A stretch of DNA of 64,000 nucleotides from Oikopleura dioica (GCA_907165135.1 OU015568.1:15759208-15823207), one strand, 5' to 3'; positions 26,603 through 41,254 are shown, counted from the first letter of the stretch. Translations and numbers: made by a program. Notes: a model not told the origin generated them from the letters alone.

Positions 26603-26791
26603 ACTAGTAAGACAGACGAATTTTAATTTTGCCAAATGATTCACTGCATAAAGGTATCCTTGTTGAAATAAATAAATATCAATTGTTAAAGTTGAAATGA
26701 CAAGAAGCAAGACTTTGATACAATCTGATAGACAATTTGAGAAAAAGCTAACTGAAGATGACACAGTCTGAATGATTAAGGCTTTAGAATT

Positions 26792-28154
<1,363 letters not shown>

Positions 28155-28335
28155 TCGTTACTCTATTTTATTCTACAATTGTTGGTTTCAAAAGACTGAA
28201 AGATAAGTCAAGGAAGCGTTTTTCATGTTTTGTGATATGGCGGCAGTTGAATTTATTCTGCATGTGATAATAAATGGCAGTGAGATAAACCTGAGAGTGA
28301 ATAATTTTCAATTATTGAACTAGTACAGTGATCGT

Positions 28336-31300
28336 CTAAGACGATTCGTCTTCGACTTGCTGTATCTGTGAGGCGACATCTTTGTCGAGAAATAACTGGA
28401 TGTAGGTGAGGTTTCTCCTTCCTATTTTTATGTTAGATTTCGGATTACAGTTGTTAATATTACCTAGTACTGTATTTTCTTGGATTGTGCGTACTCGATT
28501 ATCACTGAAAGAGGTCCATCTCTGTGTGCAGATGTTTAATACATCTGATGTGTAATGTCCGCTGTTTGCCTCTTTGCCATGGCTGAAAGTCAAGTATTCG
28601 AAGATAGAATAACAAGAAAAGCTGATTACTTTCACACACAATAGTCTATGTATATATATAATATATTACTGATTAATCGTAGCGACGAGTCCGTAACTCA
28701 TGTTTAAAAGCGGCTCCTCTTTGATCTTTATTTTGGCGTTGTCGTTCAACTGCTCGTTTATGTCAGCGGGAAGGTACGAGGATGTTGACTCGATGGAAGA
28801 AGGCTCCAGCATTGGCTCGTCATTCGGAGGCTCTTCCTCGTCACTGTCTTCGAGAGACCTAGCCATTGCGTACTTGATTTGTTGCTCCTCTGAAATTCTT
28901 CTTTAATATGACGTTTTTGACCTTGAAAATCACCTGTAAGTTGTTTGACAGCTCTAGCACCAAGTCTCTTTTTGTAGAAATCGTCAGAAACGCCTATTCC
29001 CGACGAAACAACAGCCGTCTTTTTCGTCTCAATCACTCGTAACTTCTCTACCGCCTCCTTCGCCACAATAAGTTCCCCTGGAGAGAGAACATGCTTAGCA
29101 TTGCTTTCTCTTGCTTTCTTGTCGACTACGTATTTGACACTCACGGTGGTGGATAAATCGATTGTGTTCGACGATTTTTTGCAAACAATACTATTCTAAA
29201 AGCGCTGATAGATTCGAAAATGACCATTGATGGTTACCTCTTCTCTATTCCACTCAGTCAAGAGTCGCTGGAAATGAATGATCATCACTTTCGGACTCTT
29301 AGATATTCTCGTTTTGATGTCATGCGTCGTATTCTCCCCACACTTGACGCAGTTTTTCTCAACCTCGCTGGAAGTAAATTGCTCCGTGATGCAATTCTGC
29401 ACAGTTTGCCTATTCTCGGGTACTGTCATCGACAGTGTCAGCTCTTTGTCGCTTGTGTGCGATTTTTCGTTGCAGATTCGGCATGTGCGCTCGTTTAGCA
29501 GCTCGATCTCGAAGTTTTCGGTGATTGGGCAATTAGCACAAGAACTGTACACTTGAATCTCGCGCTAGAATTTGTTGTTGACGATGAATCGTTGAATTAA
29601 TCTTACCCTTAGACTCTCCATTAGAGAAATCAAGAACTCGTGGGCATCCTGCATATCGTTGTTATCAAACTGATTGTGGTTGCGAATGAAGATCTCGCGA
29701 AACTTGGCGATCAGCGTTTCTCGAACTTCTGGATCTTCAGATTCGAACAGCTGTTGAGTCACTTCTAGTAGCGAGTCCTGGAGGATTTCTTGTTGGGATT
29801 CTCGGACCTGTTGGGTGAAACAGCGCAGGGAACTGATGAAGACAGGAAGGGCAAACAGAGCCTGAAGGAATGGAATTAGTCGAGCACGAGCAATGATCAA
29901 AGAAAGAGCAGGATAATGATCGTCTCAGCAGGCGTTTTATCAAGAACAGAAGCCCGACTCCGCGCCTAAGCCAAAGTACTTTCGGATTTCATCTATCCGG
30001 GTCTGTACCCCTGCGCCAGTTGTCATCATTGACGATCACCTACCGGTAAGAGCGGTCAGCTCACCGGGTAAACCTCTCACCTGGATTATGGCGTTCATAT
30101 ATAGGGGTTTTCACGGGAACGGCGCGGCGCGCTCCGGGCCTTCCACCGTCAAAATCGAACTCTTATTTTTTATCAAAAATGAAAATTTAAATTATCAAAC
30201 GTACTAATTAAAGGTCGCAGATTCCAAATATCGAATTTTTATTCTATATTAATGTCAAATTATGCCGAAAAATCACTTTTTGCACAAATTTTCTTGCTTT
30301 TCTCCCGGAGTACATCAAAATACACCTCTGATTTTCAGATATGATTGATAATAGACCTTTATCACTTATCTCTCAAAAATTCAGAATCCAGCAACATTCA
30401 GCAGATACTCAAACTGAGGGTTAACTAATCGGAAGGGCCTGGGCGCGCGCTTATTTACAGAGCGCCCGGGGAGCAGTCCGAACCTTTTTGCTCAAGGTGA
30501 CAAAATCAGGTGGTTCGATGCTGGAATCCGGGGATTTCCGATTTCGGTATTTTTGGAATCAGCGGATCAAATTTAGTCTACTGTGTGAATTTCAGAAACA
30601 TAGCATAACTTTGAAATTCCCGTGAGAAACCCTATTCATATAGCAGGTGTTCCCAAGATTCGTCAGTCCACCGTTCATTTTTCTCGTAGCAGGGGCTTTC
30701 TTATTGCCCCCGAGTTCTTGCGAGTCTTCCTTGTCTTCACCAATTACAGTCAAGGCCATTTCAACTTCTTCCTGGACATTTTCGTATTTCTAAATTAAAT
30801 TTAGAAAATTTGAACATTGGCAAACAATGAAAAGATGCAAAAGTGATGATTACCTCGAGCTCTTTTTCCTGAAGCCGACGAGATTGGCGTGTCTGAAGTT
30901 CTTGGAAAACTCTCCGATTTTTTTCTTTTCGAGGTTCTTTTTTCGAGTTATCCGATTTCAGACTTATAATCGGGTCTCTGTCGTACTCTGTGAAAGGATC
31001 CATGGAGAAATCTTCGTCGGAATTCTTCCGAGACTTTTTTCGGCCCCTCGTTTTCGGCTTCTCGTTTTCATTTCCTGATTTAGGGCTTACCTAATAGAAA
31101 ATGTACAATAAGAAGTAAAATAGCTCAATAAGGGCCTTACCATAAAATGGTCGGTGATGGTAGTTTGTGTTTTTGAAACTTCTTCGTCTGAATTATTGTT
31201 TGAACTTTGAGGAACTCGTTTTCTCTTCTTTTTCTTAGCAGGTTCACCAACTGATTTCGCCGGCTTTTCATCGGTTTTTGGAGGTAGTGGCTCGTCGATT

Positions 31301-31903
31301 TTTACTTGGGCAATGTCGTTTTCGACGGACTCGTCGTTCTCTTCCTGCTGATTTTCAGGAATCGATTTGGGCCGCATGACATGCTCAATGTTCGGCGAAG
31401 GCAGACTGTCTTGAGACCTGAAAATCATGGGTAATCGACATTTATCAAAATAAATAATGAAACTTACGATTCGCTGGAAATTTCTATCGGCTCTTGAAGA
31501 GTCTGTCCGCCTGCGTCGTCCACTTCCATGCTTTTTCTCTCAAAATCTTCCTCAAAATTTCTTCATACGATATTTCTCTTTCCCAGGTCACAAACTCCTG
31601 TTAGAGGAAGTCTAGGATGTTTGTCGAGAAATCGAAGAGTGGAACGAAGAGAATTGAGGGAAATCGTAGGTTCGTGAAGGTGCGGGAGCGCCAATCGCGC
31701 GCCTCGATCAAAACTGGATTTCCACGAGCAAAAGATTCTCCAAGCGATTTTCTCGAAGAGATGACTATCCCTTGCTGGCTCCTCGACTTTGATTTCTGTG
31801 GGAAGATTAATTTCTGATAAAATGAAAAACTACACATAGGTTGAGAATCATCCCTGTGATTTCTGCGATAAATATAGCGATAATATTGCCGAATTTGTGA
31901 CAA
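28336..31903 (-). CDS. USP37: Ubiquitin-specific protease, USP37/26/29 type; Cys box interrupted by a MITE
   Basis: GLTNLGNTCYMN|AIIQALF, QDAHEFL, CxxC..CxxC finger, UIM-like EEQQIKYAMARSLED inserted in the catalytic domain, HHGKEANSGHYTSD His box. Start approximate. Confidence 0.72.
29917..30038 (-). ncRNA. SNORD94: Intronic box C/D snoRNA, SNORD94 (U94)-like, predicted guide for U6 Cm62
   Basis: 8-bp terminal stem TGATCGTC/GACGATCA, box C ATGATGA, box D CTGA; TGGCGCAGGGGTA followed by D' CAGA is antisense to U6 GCCCCUGCGC, and the +5 rule gives C62. Confidence 0.85.
30102..30634. mobile_element. hAT-type MITE in USP catalytic exon
   Basis: TIRs TAGGGGTTTTCACGGGAA / TTCCCGTGAGAAACCCTA; perfect 8-bp TSD TTCATATA (30094-30101, 30635-30642). 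Confidence 0.92.
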
Positions 31904-32000
31904 TTAATAATAAACGCTATTCAAACTTACTGTTATAAGAATACTGGCTTGAATCAACGTTTTTCAGTAAAAAAATATTAAAAAAGAATCATTTTACAGA

Positions 32001-33125
32001 ATGTCGGTCATCATCAAGGCACCGAATCGCGAGCAAAACGTCTCTTTCCTGAACAAATTAGACGATGAAGAAACTTGTGTGAATCCAGGAGATGTTATAA
32101 CGGAGAATACTGATTTTATGCGAGGCCATGGAACCTACCAGGTTATTGCCTGTCTGTCCATCCCTTTTCTACCTCTTCTAGGCTTCATCAAACGAATTAC
32201 GAGCATCAGTAGCAGGAACAGTAGAACGAATCAACAAGCTAATTACAGTTCGCCCGGCTAAAATGCGCTACAATGGAGAAGTGGGCGACATTGTCGTTGG
32301 GAGAATTATAGAAGTGCAGCAAAAGCTCTGGAAAGTGGATTGCGGGACCAGGTTGAATGCGTTTTTGAACCTAGCGGCTGTTAATTTGCCTGGTGGAGAG
32401 CTCAGAAGAAGAGGAGCAGATGATGAATTGGTGATGAGGAAGTTTTTGCAAGAAGGAGATTTGATTCTAGGTAAACTTGAAATAAAAGAAACAATGAATG
32501 CTTTGTTAGGCACTCTGAAGAAAACCTAAGTTAGGGTCTGAGAGTCTGCGCGCCCTTATATTAAAGATCTTTCAGACCCTGACTCAAGTTGCCGGATATA
32601 TATAGCTGCGTACGGTTTCTTGATTTCTACTGATTTATAATTTAGCCGAGGTTCAAAAAGTCCGAGAAGATGGCTACCTAAACCTCCACACCCGAAGTTT
32701 AAAATACGGCAAACTCGGCCCAGGCGTGTTGATAATTGTCAGTCCCTCGCTTATTCGCCGCAGAAAGCAGCACATTCACAATCTACCATGTGGCGTTACC
32801 GCGATTTTGGCGACGAATGGATTCGTTTACTTCTGCCCGCTCGTTGAGGAAGATATTTCGATCGTGAAAGAAGTTGATTCGGCGACGAGGGAGAATATTT
32901 GCAGATTGCGGCAAGTGACACTGTCGCTGGCGAAGCATCGCGTGAGCCTGTACGATTCTTCGTTGTTATACGGTTTGATTGAACTGTTGATATTATGGCT
33001 ACCAGCTTCATTTAGGATTCGAGGCAAGTCTACACTTTCCAGTAGCAGAAATCGGCTTTGAATCGAACGAAGAAGAGTGGCTCGCTGAAATGAAATCGCG
33101 AATCGACCGGGATCAACAAAGCTGA
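32001..33125 (+). CDS. EXOSC2: Exosome complex component RRP4
   Basis: PGDVIT..FMRGHGTY, RYNGEVGDIVVGRI, LPGGELRRR, LHTRSLKYGKLG, ILATNGFV. Confidence 0.95.
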
Positions 33126-33227
33126 TCTTCATTTCATACTGCCTTCAAACTTGCAAATTACAATTAAAAAATATCAATAAAAGATTGACTTTCATCAATA
33201 CTATCGATTAGAAATCGGACTGTAAAA

Positions 33228-36200
33228 ATGGCAAATGCGTCGATGGTGAAAACGGAAACTGGAAATGAAGTGAGAGTTATTCAAGAGCCGAGCAACGGCT
33301 GTCCAACACCATGTCCACTGAGACTAAAAGACGCAATCGAGCAAATCGCGCTAGAAGGTCGAGATGGAATGACTGTTGAATGTCTGCTCTACCGTCTGGG
33401 CCACCATCCCCAAAGTGCGAAGCTTCTGGAAATGCTTCCCCGAGACCGAGAACTGACCTTTTGGCAGCTCTCGGAAGATCGCGCGTTGCCTCAATTTCCA
33501 GTCCGTGCTTCCATGACGGAATCTGACTCGCTACTCGATGCAACTTGCGCTGACGAAAAAGACCAAGAAAGAGACCCTTATCTACCTCCCAAACCTGCCT
33601 TAATCACCGACATCACAGCCGACGCTCGTGCCAATCCAAAAGAGCTATTTTCTCAAACTGATTCGTACTCAAGAATTTCCATTGTAGCTTCCAAAAGACA
33701 GCGGTATTCAGCAATTATCAAAGGTAAAACAAATCTACATCACTTCAATCAATTCAATCTAAGACACGAACCTGACAATTTCGCACCTTGAAAGCTTAGA
33801 TGTCAAGCATCAATTTCTCATTGAAAAAATCACCCGGTCCAGGGAAGCAGGATGTCTTCAAAACATCCTCAATAAAATTAAAATGCCTGGCGACGAAGAA
33901 AACAAAAGCAGCGGGACTCACATTCAATACCTAATCCGACCGCTGGAAGAAGCAGGAATAGTAACAAAGCAGCAATATGCGTACCGGCTGAATGGGCGCG
34001 TCCGCCACCAAGTTCTGATTATTCTAGCGCGGTTTACGAGGGATTACAGGACGAAGCACAAAGTCCTGGCGGAGAAAATCCTCGGCATTCTGAAAAACGC
34101 GCCAGGCTATCGAATGTCAATGGTGCAGGTGAAAAACGAACTGCGACAGTTCAACGAGGGCCGCAGAATTCCAGACGATCTCTTCAAGAAAATCTATCAA
34201 AATTTAAAAAGCAACGAAACAATCGACTACTGCCTAAACGACTTTTCAACGCAAAGAAGAGTCCATACGATTGGCGAGAGAGACATGTTCTTGACGGAGA
34301 AATATGTCAAGGAGAACTTGAGCTACCAGGAGAAACCGCCGCCGTTCTTTCCCCTCACCCATGGTGTCCCCATTCTTCATCAAGGTAACTACGACTTCAT
34401 AAAGATTTTGAATAAATTTACTGCTCCGTCAGTGCAAGGATGAATATCCGCATGTCCCTCCGCGGGAGTCGGTTCGCTGAATTACCCGTTGACGGGTAAC
34501 ATCATTCAGAGTTAAGAAACTGACCTCCATCCTCATTTCTAACCCCACTTAACCACATGAACGGTCGGTTTATGGTATTTTCTTTTAGTGTTTGCCTATG
34601 CTGAGTACCGTGGCGACGCGGGTTTTACCCAACGAGATCTGCAAGACGAATTTCTGGTGTGTTTCGGAAAACTGGAAGCTAGAAACCTAATTCGAAAGAT
34701 GAAAAAGATGGACTACATAAAAGAAGTTGGAATGAAAGAGGATGGAAAGCAAAAGCACATTATTTACAAGCTAAAGCCTGGCCTGACTCTTACTGGGTTT
34801 AGATTTGAAGATACGCCAGCGTATACTTACAGGAAGTACCTGATGAGCGAGGGCAATGATACGAACGCGGCGGATTGCACTGAGTCGCTTTTTGATCAGC
34901 GAATGAGGATCATTCTCAATTTCGTTGAAAAAGAACAAGTCGTTCCTGATTACAAATTCAAAGATATCGTCTCGATCATCCGCGACGAAGAAAAGCTTTC
35001 AAACTATACTGTCGATCGACGTACTATCCTGAAGGCGCTCAAGAAACTGGAAGAAAGGAAAGAGATTACCATCCATCGAGAAATGATCACTTTGGTCATG
35101 TCTACTGCAGATGACGATGAAGCCGGGACCGACCCTGAAGATTGCCCAACGGTAGACGCTACTTTCTATGTCTCGTCAAAATGCGACCAAAAGAAGCTTG
35201 ACTACTTCATCAGACAACACAAGATTCGAATGGAAATCGACAATCTTCTTCGATGCGAGCCATCGAGACGAGCTTTTGGGCGGATTCAAGGGGAGTTTGA
35301 CATTCCGAAATTCCAGCGTCTCAAGGCTGTCCATCTCTATTTCTGGCACTTGGCACATTTGAGCGATCCGGGAATGTTTGGTGACCTGGACGTGCTTTCT
35401 CAAAAACCGAGGATTTACTGTCCTGGAGGCGAGTGGAAAGAATTCGTGCCTCCAGTTTATCCACCAGCTCATCTTTCCGAAGGTTGGATAAATATCGGAG
35501 AAGCCTATCTTCATGTGCCACTCTCCATCTTCCGAAAGTTTGCTCCTGGCGCCATGATCCACTTCAACGATCCGGACAAACGATCGTTTCTCAAGCGCAA
35601 TCCGAACATCTTGCTGCGACATATGCCCAATCAATTGAGAAAAGATCTCTTTTACGGGCGTCAGAATTTGCACTCGCTCTACGAGTGCCTGGAGAAACTT
35701 GCGTACATGGGCCTTTGCTCATTTGAATCACTGCCAGATGCGAGGAGAAAAGTAAACGGACATGATGATCCAGGTTCGATACTCATTTTTTGACTAGCTA
35801 ACTGTTCGTCTAGGGCAAAGCTGCTCGCCCTGGTTCATGAGTAAAGACGTTTTGAATGTTTACATGCATAAAAAAGCGTCGGTCCTCGACACTCGAAGTT
35901 GCCTTCCTGGATACATGTTTGTCAAAACAAGTGGTAGTTTCTCACGCATCTCGTTCGACTTCAAAAGCCTGGCCGACGTCGAAAGTTACTGGTCAGAACT
36001 TCAAGCTGTTTGTACAACGACACCGTTGAACAAGAAGCTCTACAGTGCCACTACTGAAGATGAGGACCGCGTTTACGATATCTATCTGGACGATGAAACT
36101 TGCATCGCGAGGAATTCGATTGACAACAGTAAAACTGCTGAGCAGCTGCGAAAAGAATGGATTGTTGACCACATTAGGTAACGATATGAAGGGATTATAT

Positions 36201-39200
36201 GAAGGGTATATTTAGCGAAAAATCGAAAAAGATGATTTGTTTTTACTTTTCGTTGATAGCTTTGAATTCGAGCTTGAAATCGATGGGAACGATGAGGGGT
36301 GTCTTCGGGTTCTTGAATCGTGGGTCGGACTTGACGTCAACCTTGTCAAAAAGGTGGAAGCTCACTTCAAGATATACGGTCAAAATGCGATCAACAAAGA
36401 GAACTGATTACCTTCTTCGTTCCCCGGGAGTCCACAGTTATCGATGCGGATGAAGCCGTTCGCCTTGTCAGTATAAGCTCCTAAAAATAATTACATTTTG
36501 ATTCAGATAAATATTTTAGTAACGTCTTTCTTCTGGAGTCATTGCGTTTACTTTCTTTTTCTTCTGATCCTCTGTAAGATTGTCGTAGATATCATCCTTT
36601 TTTGTATAAGGGTGGATAGCGACCAAATTGTAGGCAATCGAGTCCAATCTTCGAGGGAGCTCTGCTTTGATCACAACTATGCGCTTTCCATTGACTGCGA
36701 TTGACTTGAATTTGAGAGCGCAGCATTTGTGCCATCGAGTCTCGTTAAAATCTTGGATTTCTGCGTCTAAAACATCACCGGCTGCATTTCTTTGAATAAC
36801 GACTGGAACAGCTTTCGGGAGGGTGTATTTAGTCGACCATTTTAATAATTGTAAATCAAATTTATTTTGAACCCTTGATCTATCTGAAAGACTCGAAGCT
36901 CTTGTTGAATTCGATCATTGATAAAGTTCGCCAACTTGACATTAGTTTTTTGCATTGAAGATTGATTCTTGAAAACCCTTTCGAGCCCCCCTTTAATTTG
37001 ATCGAAATTCTCATTCAATGTTTTCTCTATGTCCTCCTTTGACTTGTTCAAAGTAGCAGCTGTCATTTGCGTATTTCTGCGTTCATTTTGCTGCGGTTTC
37101 GGAATAGGATGGCTCTCTGCGGACATTTTTATTACTCTGATTTGGTCAGTAGCGTTGAGAAGTTTATTGAGTCCGAAAAACAAATCACAAGTTTGTCAAT
37201 ACTGTTCCAACAGTGTCCTGGCAACATAATCAGCAAATGCAAGCCTGACTCAATAATTTTTTTTTTTGACGATAAACGCGTTGATAGAAACTGTTTTATT
37301 TCCTGAAATGCATGGCTCTGAAATCGATTTCAATGTCCACAGGAAGCGTTTCGGGTGCGATACCATCGTGGAATCGAGGATCTGAGTAGATGTCGGTAAC
37401 GTCGGAAATTTTGACCGTGTCTAAAAATTTCCTGGATTATTCGATGACTGAATGTCTTCCTTACAGATATCTCCTTCTTTGGCATTCTCGCTGTAGCACA
37501 CTGGCTCAGTCTTGTCATAGTGAGAGTACACTTTGAATCTGATTTCGTATTTTTCCATGTAAGCTGGCGTGTGTACTTTGATGTTCAAATGATGACTTGT
37601 TCCTTCGGTCGTCACAATAAATGTAAATTTGCAGCCTTTGTGCCACTCGCTCTTTGAAGCTTTGAGCTCGCTAACTTCCAAAAGCTAGTAGGTAGTAGAT
37701 AGAATATCGTAGCGAAAAATAATCTTACCACGCCGTTTTCCATCTTGCATTTGACAGGGATATCGAGATGAAAGTATCGAATATCAATCGACGATACTGT
37801 CTTGAGCTTTTTCGCCACGGTCAGATTTTGCTGCTGGATATAATTCATGCCTTCATGGACTTTGGCAAATGCCTATTTGAAAAGATTTGTTATTTTATCT
37901 TCCCTGCTGTCTTACCTGTTTGATTGCGCCAAATGCAGCTTCAAGATTTTGCTTCGCGATTTTCTGTTCTTTTGTTAGATTTTCCTCTGGAATCGAAGAA
38001 AATGCAGCCATTTGCGGCTGCCCCGGCATTTCCTCTTGCATAGGCATTCCTCTCGGCTGTGGAGTCAACTCCGCCATATCTTGAATCGGAGCTTGTAAAA
38101 CTGACCAGCCTTCTCTTTCTCTCGTTTGCTCTTTTCAAGTTCCCTTTCCAAACAAATGTCAACAGTCTTCGTCGTAGCAACGCAATTATCCATGCACAAT
38201 TTGAAATAAAATTTTATAGGAGACTGGATCCTGCACCACTTGACGATGGTCAAGCACCCGGTCCACAAACTGGTGCTGCTGGACTTAGTCCTTGGCTATT
38301 CTCGCATCTCGATCGGAACTGGGTCCGAAAGGAAATGATCAAAGCAGAAGAAGAACAGGCGAAAAAGAATCATCTCGATGCAATGCGTACTACCTGGAAG
38401 AAGGACGCAGACGGTATCATCTACAAAACAACAATCAAGCGAAGAGCGACAGATGGAGGAAAGAGGAAACCTCTGCCTAGAAGTCAAGCGAAGAAGCGAC
38501 CAAGAAAAAATGTCCCAGAAGCGAACCTGCCGAAGATTCAAAAGATGAGCAGTCTGAGAGTCCCAAAAGACATTCCATCGGCACAAGGAAACATGTGCCA
38601 CGACAACCAAGACATCGAAATCATCTTGTCAAAGCAAATGTACACCTTGAATGATGTGCCGATGGCGATTAAACGAACGAATTTCAAAGCAAACGAAGAT
38701 GAAGTTCTTTTCCACCTGAAAGTTACATCATCAGTCCTGATGGAAGGAATATTAGGCGTGAGCTTTCCCGGAAACAGCGGCACCGCACCTAACAAAAACT
38801 CCCAATGGCTGGATCTTTGCATTCCTCACACGACGCTACGAGATTATCTTCGTACAGAATGCGGGTCTCTTGACAAGACCTCATTCTCCTGCTATCGACG
38901 TTTGACCAAACACACCCGTTACAGGGCCGAAAATCGACATGATCACATGCTTGATCAAATTTCTGACGATCATGACTTTATCCAGCGATATTCTCCCGAG
39001 GCCGAGGAGCTGAGTAAGAAAATCGAGGCGGAAATGAACCATGGAAAGGTCAACTGGACAAGCTCAAACTTGTTCCAGGATTTCTTTAGGAAGATTTATA
39101 CTTATGTGAAGGAGCAACGCTACAAGCATACATTCGATCTGCCATTGAAGAGCTCATCTTTGAGACGATATGTTATAAGGAAAGAGTTTTAAGAATTTTT

Positions 39201-41146
39201 CTATATAAAGTTTTGACATTTCAAGCGATTAAGATTTTCCAACTTTACACGTGTATTACAGATTCTCTAATTTCATCTAAGTCCATCTAACTCACCTGAG
39301 GGACGCATTTGAAAAACCACTTCCTCGTGAGGTGAGCGCTCGACAGCCACAGATGTTCGACCGGCTTTACAGACAGTATGGAGGTGCTCAGTCGATTTCA
39401 GATGTGCAGACATTCATTGCTGAGAATGTGTTCTCAAACATTCTCATATCCAGCAACACCTTGATTGGCGCTGGTGGCGGCTATCCGAAGATCACTCCCG
39501 ATATCACGAAAGAACTGATTTTCTTCGCTCTCGAAAAATTCAAACCTTATGTATTGCACTAAATTTTTCTCGTATCAAAGCTTGTTTAGGACATAAGCGA
39601 GGCAATACGATGGCTAGTGAAGGCAAAAGTTTGCAAGAAACTGCCCCGAACAGATGCGAAGAGTCTTGCATTTGAGACTGTCAAAGAGCTTGTTGAGAAT
39701 CAAATGGATGGACTGATCATTAACGAGTTCAGCAGGCAAAAATTCCAAGATCAGTTGATAAGAAAGAATGATTTCGTCAAGTCGGCCGACACTTTAAAAG
39801 AACTCGACTCAAAGCCTGTGGTGGAGTTGACAACTAAAGGAACAATGTCCGAATTTATAACCCTCGCTGAAGGGGTTGTAAATGGAAAGCTCACCGCGAC
39901 CAACATCATGCCAGAAAAAATACTCCTACTCTTATTGACCGAAAGGGAACGAAAAGACTTTCAAAAAGAAGCGGAGCGATTCAGAGATAAAACGTTCGAG
40001 GATCAAGAAGTTGAAATGGCGAGAAAAGCAAAAGATCATTACAAGCATTTGTTAGTGATGAGAGGAAACTACGAAATCGTCGACAAGTCGGTGAATCCAA
40101 ACAGCAGAAACGCAAGCGATAGAACTAATTCGCGAACGATGAATCTGATTCCTACAACGATTTCTATCGAAACAGGTCCGAGAAGCATCAATGAAGGCGA
40201 AAAAATTGCTCCAGTTTTCCGTGCGATCAAATACAGAATCCCCGAAGGCGGCAATCCTCTTGTGGATAAAAGACCGATGGCAAGAAAAGTCCTTCGTTAT
40301 TGCAATAAAGGCGATTACAGACCATCTGCTGCGAAGAAAATCGAAAACATTTGCCTGTGGATTGTTCAGATTTTGAGCAACGTAGGGGAGCTAGAAATAC
40401 TTCAAATATAATTGTTTTTTAAGGCCGGGGTCTCTGGAATGGATGTCTCAGCAATATTTGAAGATGCATTTAATAAAGGCAAATCGTTTGACCCAAAGGA
40501 AATTGCTGATTCGATAGAATTTCTTACAGAAGAAGGCTATATCTACAAACTTGGAATAGGAAAGGTTCCAGAATACTTTTTGATTTTTTTGCAAATCCTA
40601 GATAGAAAGATAGAATTCGAACCAGTAAAAGAAACTGAAAAATGTTTGCATTACAAGCATGCAAAAGAGTGGTTTATCGAGACTCCAACGACAGAGTCGA
40701 TCGAAAACAGAAAGAAGGATAAGAACGCACCCCTCATTCCACAAAAAGGAGTGGCCTTCGTTCAAGCTTGGAATGATTTTGACGGCGGAATAAGCAGCGA
40801 TGCTTTTGGCGCGATAATGTGCAATATCGTGGATTTGATTTCGTCAAATCCTGGAATAACGCAAGAGATGATTCTTACTCAAATTATTCACCGTATAGTG
40901 GGCCCCGCCAGGTAAGAAGTCCTGAATTATTGACTCTTGTTTGAGCCGTTCTTTAGCATTCTCGATCTGCTCGGAAGGTTGGAAAAGGTCGGCATTATTG
41001 AGCAAAACCGAGTGAAGAGACTTTCATCGTGCATGCCGTTTGAAGAGGATGACAACGAGGAAGAAAGTGAAGTCATTTATTACGAAATAACTGCTACTGG
41101 AATTGAAAAAACTGCTAGAATTATGGAAACTTTAGTTGACAAATAA
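33228..41146 (+). CDS. GTF3C1: General transcription factor IIIC subunit 1 (B-box binding)
   Basis: EQIALEGRDG, VDRRTI, PKFQRLKAVHLYFW, LAYMGL, GAAGLSPWLFSHLDRNW, C-terminal winged-helix-like SNPGI; multi-exon with a 2-kb intron 36178-38219. Confidence 0.85.
36243..37126 (-). CDS. Nested gene B (coiled coil + beta-sandwich/MATH-like), uncharacterised
   Basis: MSAESHPIP...ELRVFQID...RWHKCCALKF...DVKSDPRFKNPKTPLIVPIDFKLEFKAINEK*; paralogous to gene A. Confidence 0.65.
37296..38077 (-). CDS. Nested gene A (coiled coil + beta-sandwich/MATH-like), uncharacterised
   Basis: MAELTPQP...DIRYFHLD...EWHKGCKFTF...DIYSDPRFHDGIAPETLPVDIEIDFRAMHFRK*; short GT-AG introns. Confidence 0.7.
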
Positions 41147-41254
41147 GTTTCCGCCTTTTTCCTGTTCAAAATGTTCAAATTCTTCACCTACTCAATCGTT
41201 CTTGATTTCAGATTTCTAATTGAAAAGAAGTGGAAGCAGAATGTTCAAATAAAT

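Noticed and set aside
29938-29982. U2 snRNA-like words (TTTGGCT, TCTGTTCTT) inside the snoRNA
   Set aside because: No branch-point recognition sequence or Sm site; the C/D snoRNA explains the region.
32527-32547. miR-125/lin-4 resemblance (AGACCCTAACTT on the minus strand)
   Set aside because: The seed CCCTGAG is absent; only the 3' half matches.
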